IMG/VR virus record: IMGVR_UViG_3300044294_000547
DNA: 57,549 nucleotides
Strand: one strand, 5' to 3'
Source of the DNA: an uncultured virus (IMG/VR IMGVR_UViG_3300044294_000547)
Lineage: Duplodnaviria; Heunggongvirae; Uroviricota; Caudoviricetes
In this document: one piece after another, positions 1 to 8,802 of the stretch
Position numbering within the stretch: the first letter of the stretch is position 1
How the letters are laid out: every line of letters starts with the position of its first letter
The notes under the pieces: model-generated
Told to the model about the DNA's origin: nothing
What the model saw: the letters and a program-made list of their open reading frames with translations, nothing else
Databases searched by the model: none
Position numbers and translations under genes: made by a program

Positions 1-2144
1 CCACCCCTGATGTTGGCAATAAGTGTTCCAACCGTGTATCCGGTTGCGCTAGTGTTGACGGTGGTGCTAGGTTCCGATTGAGAATCCACAAAAAGCCTGA
101 ACTTGCCGTCCGAAGCGTCTCGGAAAAGACCGCAATATAGGTCTAGCGAGCCACTTGTGTCATAGAGACCGTAGAAACCGATATCAACACTGTCAGCGGT
201 ACTGTTGCCATTAGCGAGTTTTATGAGTGGGTCCTCAACCGACAAGATCGAGGTATTAACTGTGACGGCGGTTCCGTTGACAGTTAGATCACCAGTCACG
301 GTCAAGTTGTTTCCAACTGTAGCATTGTAGCCAAATGCAACAGTGCCGCCTGCAGCAGATCCTATGTTCACATTTGTGGTTGACCCAGATGCTCCGTTTG
401 CACCCATATTTATTGTATTGGTGAATCCATTTCCGGTAGCACCGTTGGAAATTCCAGTGGTCGCGCTAGATGCCCCATTATACCCAAAACCAAGTGTGGT
501 GGCTGCACCGAAGGCATTCACCGTTGTTGCAGTAGTATTAAAGACATTCTGGGTCGTTGCGTTCCCAACAAGTGTACCACCGCGAAGGTTGATTGTTGCT
601 GTTGTGGAATCACCCATGGTGATGGCGGTGGCTGCGCCACCGATGTTCAGAGTTGTTGCTGTACCGTTAAGCAGATTGAATGTTGCGGCTGATGTTGTGA
701 GGCCTCCGCCATTGACGGCGAGGTCACCAGTGATCGTGAGGGTGTCCGTCGTCTTGTTATAGGTTAGACCAGAGTCTCCACCTAGGGCGGAACCTCCGTC
801 ATTGAACATCACTTGGGTGTCGGAACCAGCTACAAGAGCAACTGTGCCAGTGGCATCGGGCAGGGTGATCGTGCGGTCGGCGGTTGGGTCGGCAACAGTG
901 AGGGTGGTCTCAAAACCATTAGATGTTACGCCCTCCCATATGATGTTCACGGGGGTTACAACAGGAGTTAGATCATCTGTTTGTTTTGTACCCAAATATA
1001 TGTCACCACCCAAAAAATCTGTAGTTGATCCATTTCCAGAATTTACTTTTATAAGTGGAACGCTTCCTTCAAAAAAAACGGAACTAGTAGTGCTCAACGC
1101 GAGTGTACCCGTGGGCGCAATCGTAATATAATTAGAACCACTGTTTGTCGTTACATACGCGTTTGTATTGCCAAGCTTGAGGGTTGAATTTCTTATATGT
1201 GCTACTCCTGTGCTAGTGGAACCAATTGTAACGGCTGTGGCTGCGCCAAAGGCATTTACAGTTGTTGCAGTGTTATTAAAGACATGCTGTGTCGTTAAAT
1301 TGCCAACAAGGGTGCCGCCACGGATGACGGTGGTGGCTATTGTTGAATCACCCATGGTGATGGCGGTGGCTGCGCCACCGAGATTCAGGGTGGCAACCGT
1401 ACTGTCCAGCAGATTGAATGTTGCGGCTGATGTTGTGAGGCCTCCGCCGTTGACGGCGAGGTCGCCTGCAATGGTGAGGGTGTCTCCGTTGACGGCGAGG
1501 TCGCCTGCAATGGTGAGGGTGTCTGTCAACGAGTTGTAGGTCAGGCCATTACTGTCCACCCTCACTGCGGTGGCGCCAGAGGTGGCATTGGTGAATGCTA
1601 TGTATGCAGTTGTGGTGGCATCATCATTTGTGACGCTCACGTTCGTGGCGGTGCCTGTGCTTGACCAGCTGAGGACACCGTTGCCGTCCGTGGTCAGAAC
1701 CTCTGCCGCATCACCATCATTTACCGGCAGGGTGAATGTGTATGCTGCATTCGAAGTGGTGGCAGTAGGCGCCTGGAGGATCACCGTTCCACCACCGTTG
1801 CCACGAGCTGTGAATACTATTTCACTCGTTGTCCCGAGGGTCAAGTCCCCGGTAAGCGATCCGCCGGAAAGCGGCAGATAATTTCCAGCAAGGCTTTTTA
1901 CGGCATACTGGGTTGCCAACTTATTGTTTTCACTGCTGACACTCGACCAGTTGATGGCTGCTTGGTCTTCGATGATCGCACCAACCCAGTTGGAAGTGTT
2001 GTTGCCGCCGGAACCTACGAAAAGCTTCTTGTTACTACCTGACCCGTTGGCAAAAGCCAACTCGCCATCATACAGATCAGAAGGGGCTGTCGTTGCAGAA
2101 GACCCGTACAGGACGGTTATCAGTGATTCTCTTGACGTTGGCAT
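1..2144 (-). CDS. Long tail-fibre / receptor-binding-like virion protein (partial, runs off the left edge)
   Basis: Absent from the ORF track, probably because it has no stop inside the window. My translation from ATG at 2144 (AAGGA upstream) begins MPTSRESLITVLYGSSATTAPSDLYDGELAFANG...YLPLSGGSLTGDLTLG. It is Gly/Thr/Ala-rich with repeated GDLAVNGGGLTTSAATFNLL modules. The + strand ORFs here are its antisense shadows. Confidence 0.8.
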   Translation of the reverse strand, partial: MPTSRESLITVLYGSSATTAPSDLYDGELAFANGSGSNKKLFVGSGGNNTSNWVGAIIEDQAAINWSSVSSENNKLATQYAVKSLAGNYLPLSGGSLTGDLTLGTTSEIVFTARGNGGGTVILQAPTATTSNAAYTFTLPVNDGDAAEVLTTDGNGVLSWSSTGTATNVSVTNDDATTTAYIAFTNATSGATAVRVDSNGLTYNSLTDTLTIAGDLAVNGDTLTIAGDLAVNGGGLTTSAATFNLLDSTVATLNLGGAATAITMGDSTIATTVIRGGTLVGNLTTQHVFNNTATTVNAFGAATAVTIGSTSTGVAHIRNSTLKLGNTNAYVTTNSGSNYITIAPTGTLALSTTSSVFFEGSVPLIKVNSGNGSTTDFLGGDIYLGTKQTDDLTPVVTPVNIIWEGVTSNGFETTLTVADPTADRTITLPDATGTVALVAGSDTQVMFNDGGSALGGDSGLTYNKTTDTLTITGDLAVNGGGLTTSAATFNLLNGTATTLNIGGAATAITMGDSTTATINLRGGTLVGNATTQNVFNTTATTVNAFGAATTLGFGYNGASSATTGISNGATGNGFTNTINMGANGASGSTTNVNIGSAAGGTVAFGYNATVGNNLTVTGDLTVNGTAVTVNTSILSVEDPLIKLANGNSTADSVDIGFYGLYDTSGSLDLYCGLFRDASDGKFRLFVDSQSEPSTTVNTSATGYTVGTLIANIRG
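499..1484. repeat. Diverged ~250 bp direct repeat inside the tail-fibre gene (copies ~499-746 and ~1237-1484)
   Basis: Shared blocks such as gaatcacccatggtgatggcggtggctgcgccaccga and gcagattgaatgttgcggctgatgttgtgaggcctccgcc. The offset of 738 bp (246 codons) is in frame. Confidence 0.9.
1447..1524. repeat. Perfect 39-bp tandem duplication (13 codons, DTLTIAGDLAVNG)
   Basis: ccgttgacggcgaggtcgcctgcaatggtgagggtgtct at 1447-1485 and again at 1486-1524. Confidence 0.95.
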
Positions 2145-2287
2145 GGTTTTTTATCCTTAAAGTTTAAATTATGCGTTAATCTCTATACATTTTTTTCGAC
2201 AAAATACTTCCATGTAGATTTTTTTTACCAAACATGCCTGAAAATCGCTATAATAAATTGTTTTTTAATGCTACATTCTCACCGTAC

Positions 2288-4084
2288 TCATTCAACAGTT
2301 ATGTTGCCCTGCGAACTGATCACATTCCATTCTGTGTTTGCGACGCTGCATACTAGTTCGACGCAATCTTTTGGATCGTTGCTCGCTAGATATCCCGAAA
2401 CACCAACGGTTGTATCCATGTTTCCAAAATGGATGATCTGACCGTGGTTCTGTGCAATACGCCATGTGTTTTGGAGACCACTCACCCTCACTATTTTGCC
2501 CACCGCAGAAGAAGAAGGTAGTGTGAGAACGAGCGTTCCTTCATTCTTGTTGGCAAAAACTCCGGTGTCAACCGAAAGACCCTGATCGTCTGTGACGACG
2601 CTCCAGATAATCATGCCACCGCCTGTAACGGTCGACCAAGACAACTCGGCGACTGAGTCATCCACCGAAGCAATGGTGAGAACTTGGTTTGTCGAACCAA
2701 TCGATGGGGGCATGACATATGTGGAATCAGATGGCAAGGAAGACGGAGCCCTAACCGCCACGCAGCTTGAAGAATCTGCATCTGCAAGACGAACAGACCC
2801 GACCGCGTCGAGCTGAAGATTACCATCGGACAAAATCGCAAAAGTTCCAGATTTGTCTGGAAGTGTCAGAGTTCTGTCAACTGTTGGTTCTTCTGTCTGG
2901 ATCGTTGTTTGGTACGAGTTGATCGTGCCGCTGTCAAAAACAAGATTGCTACCGATGATGCGTATGTCACCATCGCCCACGACACGTCCCTGATCGTCAA
3001 CCTCAAATACCGTATGACCGTCAATGTCTCTCACCTGAAATGCTGTCGAGCCATCGAAGGTTGTCGCACGGATTGCGAGTGAGCCACAGAAGCTGACATG
3101 CTGACAATTGTTTGAATAGGGGTCATAATAAGGGTCTTCTGCAGGCCAAGACCAGTTATGAAACCAACCTGCCCTAGTAATCTTCTGTCTTGTATATCCG
3201 TCGAGATAAGCGGCATCAACCCCATATATCAGTGATCCATCTGCAGATTGGTACTTGAGAAAACTTTCGAAGGTAGGAACATCTCCTGCTCCGTTGCCAA
3301 CATCTCTAGTTGCAGCCGTACCAAGCCCGAGCGTGGTTCTCTGGGTGTAGGCATCGGGATCATCAAGCAGAGCCTTGCCTGCTACCGTGATATCTCCGCC
3401 GAGTTTGGATGTTGAAACCACTCCGAAATCAATCGTCCATGTGGATCCAAAGTTACTGACGGTAATGTCGCCCTTGTCTCCGTCTGTGATGCCTAAGCCA
3501 CCAGACGGAGAAGATGCCACCCATGCAGAACCAGTCCATGTGGGAACCTGCCCAGATGTTGCACCACTCTGTGCTATTTTTGATAGCGGCACGGAAGACA
3601 CGGAAACTGTTACTGCACCATCATTGGATGATGACACGGATATGGTTCCGTCTTGGTTTGACAGACCATCAAGTCTTGGGGGAGACAAAAGCCGCCAAAC
3701 TGTGCCGTCCCACTGCCATTTACGTCGGCCGTGAATGATGATCTGACTGACTACCTGAGACTGGGCCAATACGAGCGGCGTGGTGGCTGCAGAAAGTTGT
3801 AAGAAGTCTCCCTCAGAACCGAACTCGACCCACGCAGACCTTCCCTGTGAATCTGTGTACCACACTGCCTCCCTGCCGGTTACTGGATTTATCCAGCGTT
3901 CTCCTGAATACGGCGATGGAGGGGGAGTGGGCGATATTTCAGTATGCTGACTACTAGCGGCGCCGGGAACCCACTTTTCTTGAGCTTGGTTCCACACCAG
4001 AGTGTTTCCATCCTGCGGCTGCTGTCTTGCTATATCAGCGAGATCTCTCAGTCTCGAAATCTGTACATTTGGAGGTATAGCCAC
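2288..4084 (-). CDS. Tail-fibre-like mosaic virion protein (598 aa)
   Basis: Typical fibre modules: GATSGQVPTWTGSAW, DGDKGDITVS, ALLDDPDAYTQRTTLGLGTAAT, DRTLTLPDKSGT, and a C-terminal LTLPSS...WRIAQN...VELVC...WNVISSQGN domain. GTG start; adjacent to another fibre gene. Confidence 0.75.
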   Translation of the reverse strand: MAIPPNVQISRLRDLADIARQQPQDGNTLVWNQAQEKWVPGAASSQHTEISPTPPPSPYSGERWINPVTGREAVWYTDSQGRSAWVEFGSEGDFLQLSAATTPLVLAQSQVVSQIIIHGRRKWQWDGTVWRLLSPPRLDGLSNQDGTISVSSSNDGAVTVSVSSVPLSKIAQSGATSGQVPTWTGSAWVASSPSGGLGITDGDKGDITVSNFGSTWTIDFGVVSTSKLGGDITVAGKALLDDPDAYTQRTTLGLGTAATRDVGNGAGDVPTFESFLKYQSADGSLIYGVDAAYLDGYTRQKITRAGWFHNWSWPAEDPYYDPYSNNCQHVSFCGSLAIRATTFDGSTAFQVRDIDGHTVFEVDDQGRVVGDGDIRIIGSNLVFDSGTINSYQTTIQTEEPTVDRTLTLPDKSGTFAILSDGNLQLDAVGSVRLADADSSSCVAVRAPSSLPSDSTYVMPPSIGSTNQVLTIASVDDSVAELSWSTVTGGGMIIWSVVTDDQGLSVDTGVFANKNEGTLVLTLPSSSAVGKIVRVSGLQNTWRIAQNHGQIIHFGNMDTTVGVSGYLASNDPKDCVELVCSVANTEWNVISSQGNITVE

Positions 4085-4199
4085 AAAGGATGTTTCATAA
4101 AAAATGAGTCTTTTCCCCCGTCAACAAACTTCTTCATATGGATAAGTTGATGAATTTTAAAGATTTTTCCGTTTTCGAACACCCAAAGGACGAAATAAT

Positions 4200-4680
4200 T
4201 GGATAGGTCTCTCGCCTGTATCGGAGACCAAAATCTTGGTTTGGCGATTAGGGGGGTCGCCTGATGGGTTTTGAGCAAACGCCCCCGACGGACGAAAGTC
4301 TGGTCCAATAGCTCAAGTATGCTCAGGAGTCGGGAGCTGTGAAGCATGATGCGTACACAAGACGCATGTGCACCGATGGGGTTTCTACAGACTGCAGGAA
4401 GTCTGCCCGCACACCATCCCAGGTGTGCTGATGAGACATGTCGACCAACCATGGTCGGATGGGATGATGCATTGTGATGGAGGATGACCTCTTGCCAGTT
4501 TTTACATGCATTAAAATATTTTTGGCAAGAGTGGCAAATACAAGGGGATATTCTATCAACCCCCAAGGGTTATGTAATAATCTTAAACCCACATATAAAT
4601 ATAATTTAACTCTACACCGTTGGACCTTCGGTCCAACGGCTGTGGTGCACATCCGGCGTAGCCAGGATGGTGCACCACTA
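4200..4680 (+). ncRNA. Candidate large structured non-coding RNA
   Basis: Intergenic, with at least 11 consecutive stem-loops, GAAA and CUUCG loops, G-U pairs that work only on the + strand, and a loop ATCCCA (4416-4421) complementary to TGGGAT (4460-4465). No convincing ORF. Confidence 0.55.
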
Positions 4681-4739
4681 CTTGTTTGGATTTGTATTTT
4701 ATTGAGTTATTCTCTGTGTAAAGAAGAAATGGACCATTA

Positions 4740-4764
4740 TTTTCTGAACTATGAGTTCAGAAAA
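4740..4764. terminator. 11-bp inverted repeat, probable terminator downstream of the ATPase gene
   Basis: ttttctgaact-atg-agttcagaaaa, 3 nt past the stop of 4768..5640(-). Confidence 0.55.
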
Positions 4765-4767
4765 CAT

Positions 4768-5640
4768 TTATTCAGAAGATGCATCAGACCAATCTGGATG
4801 CATTTTCTGCATGTCGATCAGAGATGATTCACCCCACATACTGCGGACAGTTCTCAGTATGCTATCACTATGTGTTGTGCACAGAAACTGTGTTTGGGGG
4901 AATTGGATGTTGAGAGCCCTGACTAGACGAGGATGTCTTCGAAAATAGACATGCATCTCAAGATTGTCAATAAGAGCCATTCCCCTGTCATCGCTCAATT
5001 TGGTACAGATGTTACGCAACAGTGTTGCTATCTTTTTCTCTCCATCGCTCATCCTCTTGTGGTGAACCCTGGTAGATCCCTTTCTGATGCAGAAATCTTG
5101 GTAGAAATCAATCCTTTCACCCGATTCGTTTGTTGTCACAAGTTTCCCCAGTTCACAAGGCAATCCATAGACTTCATCAGCCAAATGAAGAAACTTTTCC
5201 CCCAAATTCGATGGGAGTTGAAACTTGTACATATTCATGGGGTGGTCTGCATCACAATATGCAGCCCAACCATCTGATCCCGAAGGAGCTTCTTCAAGTC
5301 CGTTTTCAACTATTTCTCCTCCCATGATGGAGACATTGAACACTCCATGTTTATGAACAAATTCTGCATGCATACTACATGGCTCTGAAGGGGGGATGTA
5401 GGCAGCCATTGTCGGGTCATAATCAGGGTTGTATGTTAATTTTCTGAACAACATAGAATTATCACGACCCCGCAGCATCCTTGGGGTGGAAACAATCCTG
5501 ATGGCGTGCATGAGAGTTGATTTACCCGTACCGTTTGGTCCGAAAAAAACAGAGAACGGTCTGTTTTCTGGATTGAAGTCAAAACTCACATCCCTCAATC
5601 CACAAAAATTCTTCAGTTTCAAACTTTTGAGCCAATACAT
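4768..5640 (-). CDS. ABC/SMC-like (AAA_21/AAA_15-type) ATPase
   Basis: N-terminal LKSLKLKNF, Walker A GPNGTGKST, signature MSDGEKK, Walker B/D-loop ALIDNLEMH, H-loop TTHS. Confidence 0.85.
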   Translation of the reverse strand: MYWLKSLKLKNFCGLRDVSFDFNPENRPFSVFFGPNGTGKSTLMHAIRIVSTPRMLRGRDNSMLFRKLTYNPDYDPTMAAYIPPSEPCSMHAEFVHKHGVFNVSIMGGEIVENGLEEAPSGSDGWAAYCDADHPMNMYKFQLPSNLGEKFLHLADEVYGLPCELGKLVTTNESGERIDFYQDFCIRKGSTRVHHKRMSDGEKKIATLLRNICTKLSDDRGMALIDNLEMHVYFRRHPRLVRALNIQFPQTQFLCTTHSDSILRTVRSMWGESSLIDMQKMHPDWSDASSE

Positions 5641-6304
5641 GCAGATGAAAACCTTTCAACAACTTTTATCGGAAATCGATCCACACAAAGCAGCAGAAGA
5701 AATAGTCACCTATGCTTTTGACAGAGCTATACAGCCTGATAGTATCATCGCCGAATTCGATGTGAGTGGAGGGACAATGAGTGCAAAAGGCAAGGCAAAC
5801 ACATGGATAAGATTTGACTGCAATCCAGGTATTATAAAAAACCTGATCCAAATCATGTCTGAAGTTGACGAGGTTTGCGACGATGATGTGGAAGCCATGG
5901 ACAAATGGAGAGGCGAGGTGTCTAAAATCCTAGAAACTGACATGCTGCACAGTATTCGCGAAGCAATAAGAGGAAGGATATTGGGTGGAGCCCCGTCAGA
6001 AGTGATACCGCTTCACGATATAAATATAAAGGACGTCGACATAACTGACCTTCCTGAAGACGATTGTGTACTAGTGATCAAGAAGTCAGCACCCCAAGGG
6101 GAGGAAACAAGCCCTGTGGCTGATGACATATTTAGAGAGAAGGGTCGTACTGGAGAGACAGTACAGCAGGTGTTTGACCGCAGGAAACGGGAGTGTGATC
6201 CGAGGTACAGATGGGTTGTGGGCGTGGATCAGAGAAAGCACTTTTTTGAGGTGACTGTGTCAATTTCGGCTGACTACTCATTCCGCAAAAAAGAGGATAA
6301 TTAA
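5639..6304 (+). CDS. Hypothetical protein (acidic), N-terminus (MQ)MKTFQQLLSE
   Basis: The upstream part of the called ORF (from 5429) is antisense to the ATPase. ATG at 5639 or 5645 gives a plausible ~220 aa globular protein. Confidence 0.7.
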   Translation: MQMKTFQQLLSEIDPHKAAEEIVTYAFDRAIQPDSIIAEFDVSGGTMSAKGKANTWIRFDCNPGIIKNLIQIMSEVDEVCDDDVEAMDKWRGEVSKILETDMLHSIREAIRGRILGGAPSEVIPLHDINIKDVDITDLPEDDCVLVIKKSAPQGEETSPVADDIFREKGRTGETVQQVFDRRKRECDPRYRWVVGVDQRKHFFEVTVSISADYSFRKKEDN

Positions 6305-6320
6305 AACATATCTATAAATT
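6293..6320 (+). promoter_or_regulatory. Putative phage promoter GAGG-N17-ATAAATT
   Basis: Same spacing as copies upstream of 19958, 32044, 31990, 53416 and others; lies 23 nt before the ATG at 6344. Confidence 0.55.
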
Positions 6321-6343
6321 TATAATATAGAAGGCTTTTTTCC

Positions 6344-6679
6344 ATGATGAAATTGATTTCTGACCATGTTGACATAAAAAAAAATGCAGCAAAGTACCAT
6401 GGCAAAGAGGTGCCGCTGAGGAAGATTCTTCCCGGAGATGTGAAGAAATTCAAGGTGTATGTCAAAGATCCATCCTCTGGAAATATCAAGAAGGTAAATT
6501 TCGGTCATGGCGGATCATCTGCGAAGGCTAGGGGTGAAAAGACCCTGTCAATAAAGAGGAACGAGGATGAAAGACAGAAGAGCTTTCTAGCACGTCACAA
6601 GTGCGATACCGCAAAAGATCCCACAACGCCAAGGCATTGGTCATGCAAGGCATGGCATCGTAAAACAAAACTACCCTGA
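6344..6679 (+). CDS. Small basic conserved phage protein (KKFKVYVK...VNFG...SFLARHKC...WSCKAW family)
   Basis: I recognise the motif pattern from widespread uncharacterised phage proteins. Preceded by a KKNA-A junction. Confidence 0.75.
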   Translation: MMKLISDHVDIKKNAAKYHGKEVPLRKILPGDVKKFKVYVKDPSSGNIKKVNFGHGGSSAKARGEKTLSIKRNEDERQKSFLARHKCDTAKDPTTPRHWSCKAWHRKTKLP

Positions 6680-6689
6680 AAGGAAAAAT

Positions 6690-7658
6690 ATGGCTCATAT
6701 TAAAACAGCAAGTGACGGAACACAGAAGATTTCAATGTCCACTGTAGAGTGGATTGATATTGGCCTGAAGCGTGGTCTGCTCTCTATTGATCCTCGGGCT
6801 CCGAGATTCGCTGCAAATCTTGCAAAAAGTGCTGGTCTCCAACCTGGTAAGGCTAGCTATACAACCATCAAGAAAGCCATGCAGAATGAAGAGATCATGG
6901 CAAAGATAGCAAAAAACCTTGAAAGAAGTGCGCTAATTAAGACTGCTCAACAGGTAGGTGAGAACACAGGAGGCCCAGGTTGGGGCACCGCTGCCCTTGG
7001 AGCCGCAGGTCTCGCTGCTGCTGCGCCACTCGCCTTCCAGGGCGGAAGAGATATGTATAGAAATATTGGTGCAGGTCTTTCGAGTGCAGGAAATAGTTCA
7101 GCACAAACCATGTCTGGTCTTGGTTCTGCATTTGGCCAAGGATTTGGCGGTAACCCTGTCGGTGGCGCTGCCACATCATTTGGAAATATTGCAAAAGGGG
7201 TGGGCAACTTTGCAGCCCGAGCTGCCATGCCAGCTCTCGGTCTTGCTGGCGGTTTTTTGGGCAGCAAGTACCTGATTAATCACTTTAAGGACAAATTAGC
7301 AGGCGATTCGGCCCCAAGTCCACAACTTATGGCAGACCCCCAAAAACAGAAGTCAGTTATGAGGTCGATATATCATTTCAACCAGTTGGCTCCAACAATG
7401 AAGGGCATGTCTAGCAGCATTGACAAGCAACTTGACACCATAGCGGCAGCAGTAACCGACACTATTCAGAAAATGCAGGAGGCGCAGAACACTGTCATGA
7501 CTCCCACCATTGTAACCCCTGAAGAGCAGAGGGCAAAAGAGATAGCAGATGCTCAAGCAGCTCAGAATGCTGCTCAGGCAGCATATATGAAATCTATGGC
7601 AGGTCCACAGGTTCAGGCCCCCGCTGGTTTGCCATCCGTTACTGCTCCAGCAAGTTAA
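6690..7658 (+). CDS. Gly/Ala-rich putative virion internal/ejection protein with conserved Trp leader
   Basis: AAGGA SD; IKTASDG..KISMSTVEWIDIGLKRG leader, IKTAQ, two hydrophobic Gly/Ala segments. Confidence 0.7.
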   Translation: MAHIKTASDGTQKISMSTVEWIDIGLKRGLLSIDPRAPRFAANLAKSAGLQPGKASYTTIKKAMQNEEIMAKIAKNLERSALIKTAQQVGENTGGPGWGTAALGAAGLAAAAPLAFQGGRDMYRNIGAGLSSAGNSSAQTMSGLGSAFGQGFGGNPVGGAATSFGNIAKGVGNFAARAAMPALGLAGGFLGSKYLINHFKDKLAGDSAPSPQLMADPQKQKSVMRSIYHFNQLAPTMKGMSSSIDKQLDTIAAAVTDTIQKMQEAQNTVMTPTIVTPEEQRAKEIADAQAAQNAAQAAYMKSMAGPQVQAPAGLPSVTAPAS

Positions 7659-7680
7659 TCACATTCAGAAAGAACGAAAA

Positions 7681-8316
7681 ATGAGCGACAATAAAATGAT
7701 CAAAATATCAGATCGTCAGTGGATGGAGGCAGGTATCAAGAAGGGGTATCTTACAAAAGGCCCAGAAGGTATAATGCTGCGCAAAGAAGCACTAGGATTC
7801 TTGCCTGCCCTTGGTATAGGCGCTGCTATACCTGCTGCTTGGGAAGGGGGCAAGTGGCTGTGGAACAAAGCCACAGGCAATCGCAGCTTGGGAGAACTTT
7901 TTTCCGGATATAGCGTTGATCCCCAGAAATTTCAACAGATCCAAAAAAACTACAAGTTGCTCATGAGGCACCTTGACGAGTTGTCTACGATGTCTCCGCG
8001 TGTGGCGCAAGCGGTCGCGGCAGCAAAAACCGAAATCGCTGCCAAGATGAACGACATGGCACGACAGATTGGGGTTGCAGGAGGTTCTGCCTCTTTCGGC
8101 GGTCAACAACTTGAGGACGAAACCACTGAAGCACATAAGAAACAGCTAGAGGACATAAAGAAGAAGACTCAGATGTATGGCGCTCTTGGCAAAGGCCCTG
8201 GAGGAGAACTTCCAAAAGACTTCAATCCGCAGGCCCCTAGCAAGCCCGCTAGCGGGGCACCCCTTCAATCTGCCACGGCAGCCGCACCTACTCCACCAAG
8301 CACTCCTGGAGCCTAA
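7681..8316 (+). CDS. Putative virion internal/ejection protein with conserved Trp leader
   Basis: KISDRQWMEAGIKKGYL leader, then RKEA followed by hydrophobic LGFLPALGIGAAIPAAW and a coiled coil. Confidence 0.7.
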   Translation: MSDNKMIKISDRQWMEAGIKKGYLTKGPEGIMLRKEALGFLPALGIGAAIPAAWEGGKWLWNKATGNRSLGELFSGYSVDPQKFQQIQKNYKLLMRHLDELSTMSPRVAQAVAAAKTEIAAKMNDMARQIGVAGGSASFGGQQLEDETTEAHKKQLEDIKKKTQMYGALGKGPGGELPKDFNPQAPSKPASGAPLQSATAAAPTPPSTPGA

Positions 8317-8321
8317 TCACT

Positions 8322-8801
8322 ATGGATAGGATTGCTCAGTCACCTGCAGCATCCGGCGCCCAGAGGATGAGGGCTCGTGACGTTAGCTCTTCCGGCAGCG
8401 CCGCCAAGCCTGTGGTTCCCTCGGCAAGAGACATCGCAGCCCAAAATACAAACAGACCTATGGGAGGGGTATCTGTCGCAGCAGCATCCACAAAACCATC
8501 TGTCAGCACCCCGCTTGGCAACAGGGGAACCATCCCCAGCATGACTCAGCGCCAGCAGGAGCAGGTGGCTGCTGCACAAACACCCCAGCAGCAGCAGCAG
8601 CAGTCATTATGGCAATACAATCCAAAAGCAACTCAGGTCTCCCCTCCGACTAAGGTTGGAGAGGATTTATATGAAACTTGGACTGGCCCACACCAATATT
8701 CAGGTCAGCCAGTTGATATGAAATGGGTACTTTCGCCAGACACAGGTGGACAGTGGCAGCCGACTCAGCAACTCAGATATAGCCAATCAGATAGGAGTTA
8801 A
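8322..8801 (+). CDS. Hypothetical low-complexity protein (MDRIAQ...)
   Basis: Co-oriented, 5 nt after the previous stop; Gln/Ser/Ala-rich. Confidence 0.65.
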   Translation: MDRIAQSPAASGAQRMRARDVSSSGSAAKPVVPSARDIAAQNTNRPMGGVSVAAASTKPSVSTPLGNRGTIPSMTQRQQEQVAAAQTPQQQQQQSLWQYNPKATQVSPPTKVGEDLYETWTGPHQYSGQPVDMKWVLSPDTGGQWQPTQQLRYSQSDRS

Positions 8802-8802
8802 A

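Noticed and set aside
499..1484. Repeat pair as a diversity-generating retroelement TR/VR
   Set aside because: Both copies are coding within one ORF, the differences are not adenine-specific, and no reverse transcriptase is present in the window
343..2160. Series of Val/Pro-rich + strand ORFs
   Set aside because: They are antisense shadows of the minus-strand tail-fibre gene starting at 2144
4409..4470. CTGATGAG after a hairpin as a hammerhead ribozyme core
   Set aside because: No GAAA after the putative stem II and no NUH cleavage triplet at the required position
4048..4827. Short ORFs in the hairpin-rich gap (4048-4566, 4323-4652, 4474-4827)
   Set aside because: They overlap each other, have no SD or recognisable motifs and show atypical composition; RNA structure explains the region better
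8586..8603. (CAG)6 microsatellite
   Set aside because: Short in-frame poly-Gln in a low-complexity protein; no sign of phase variation
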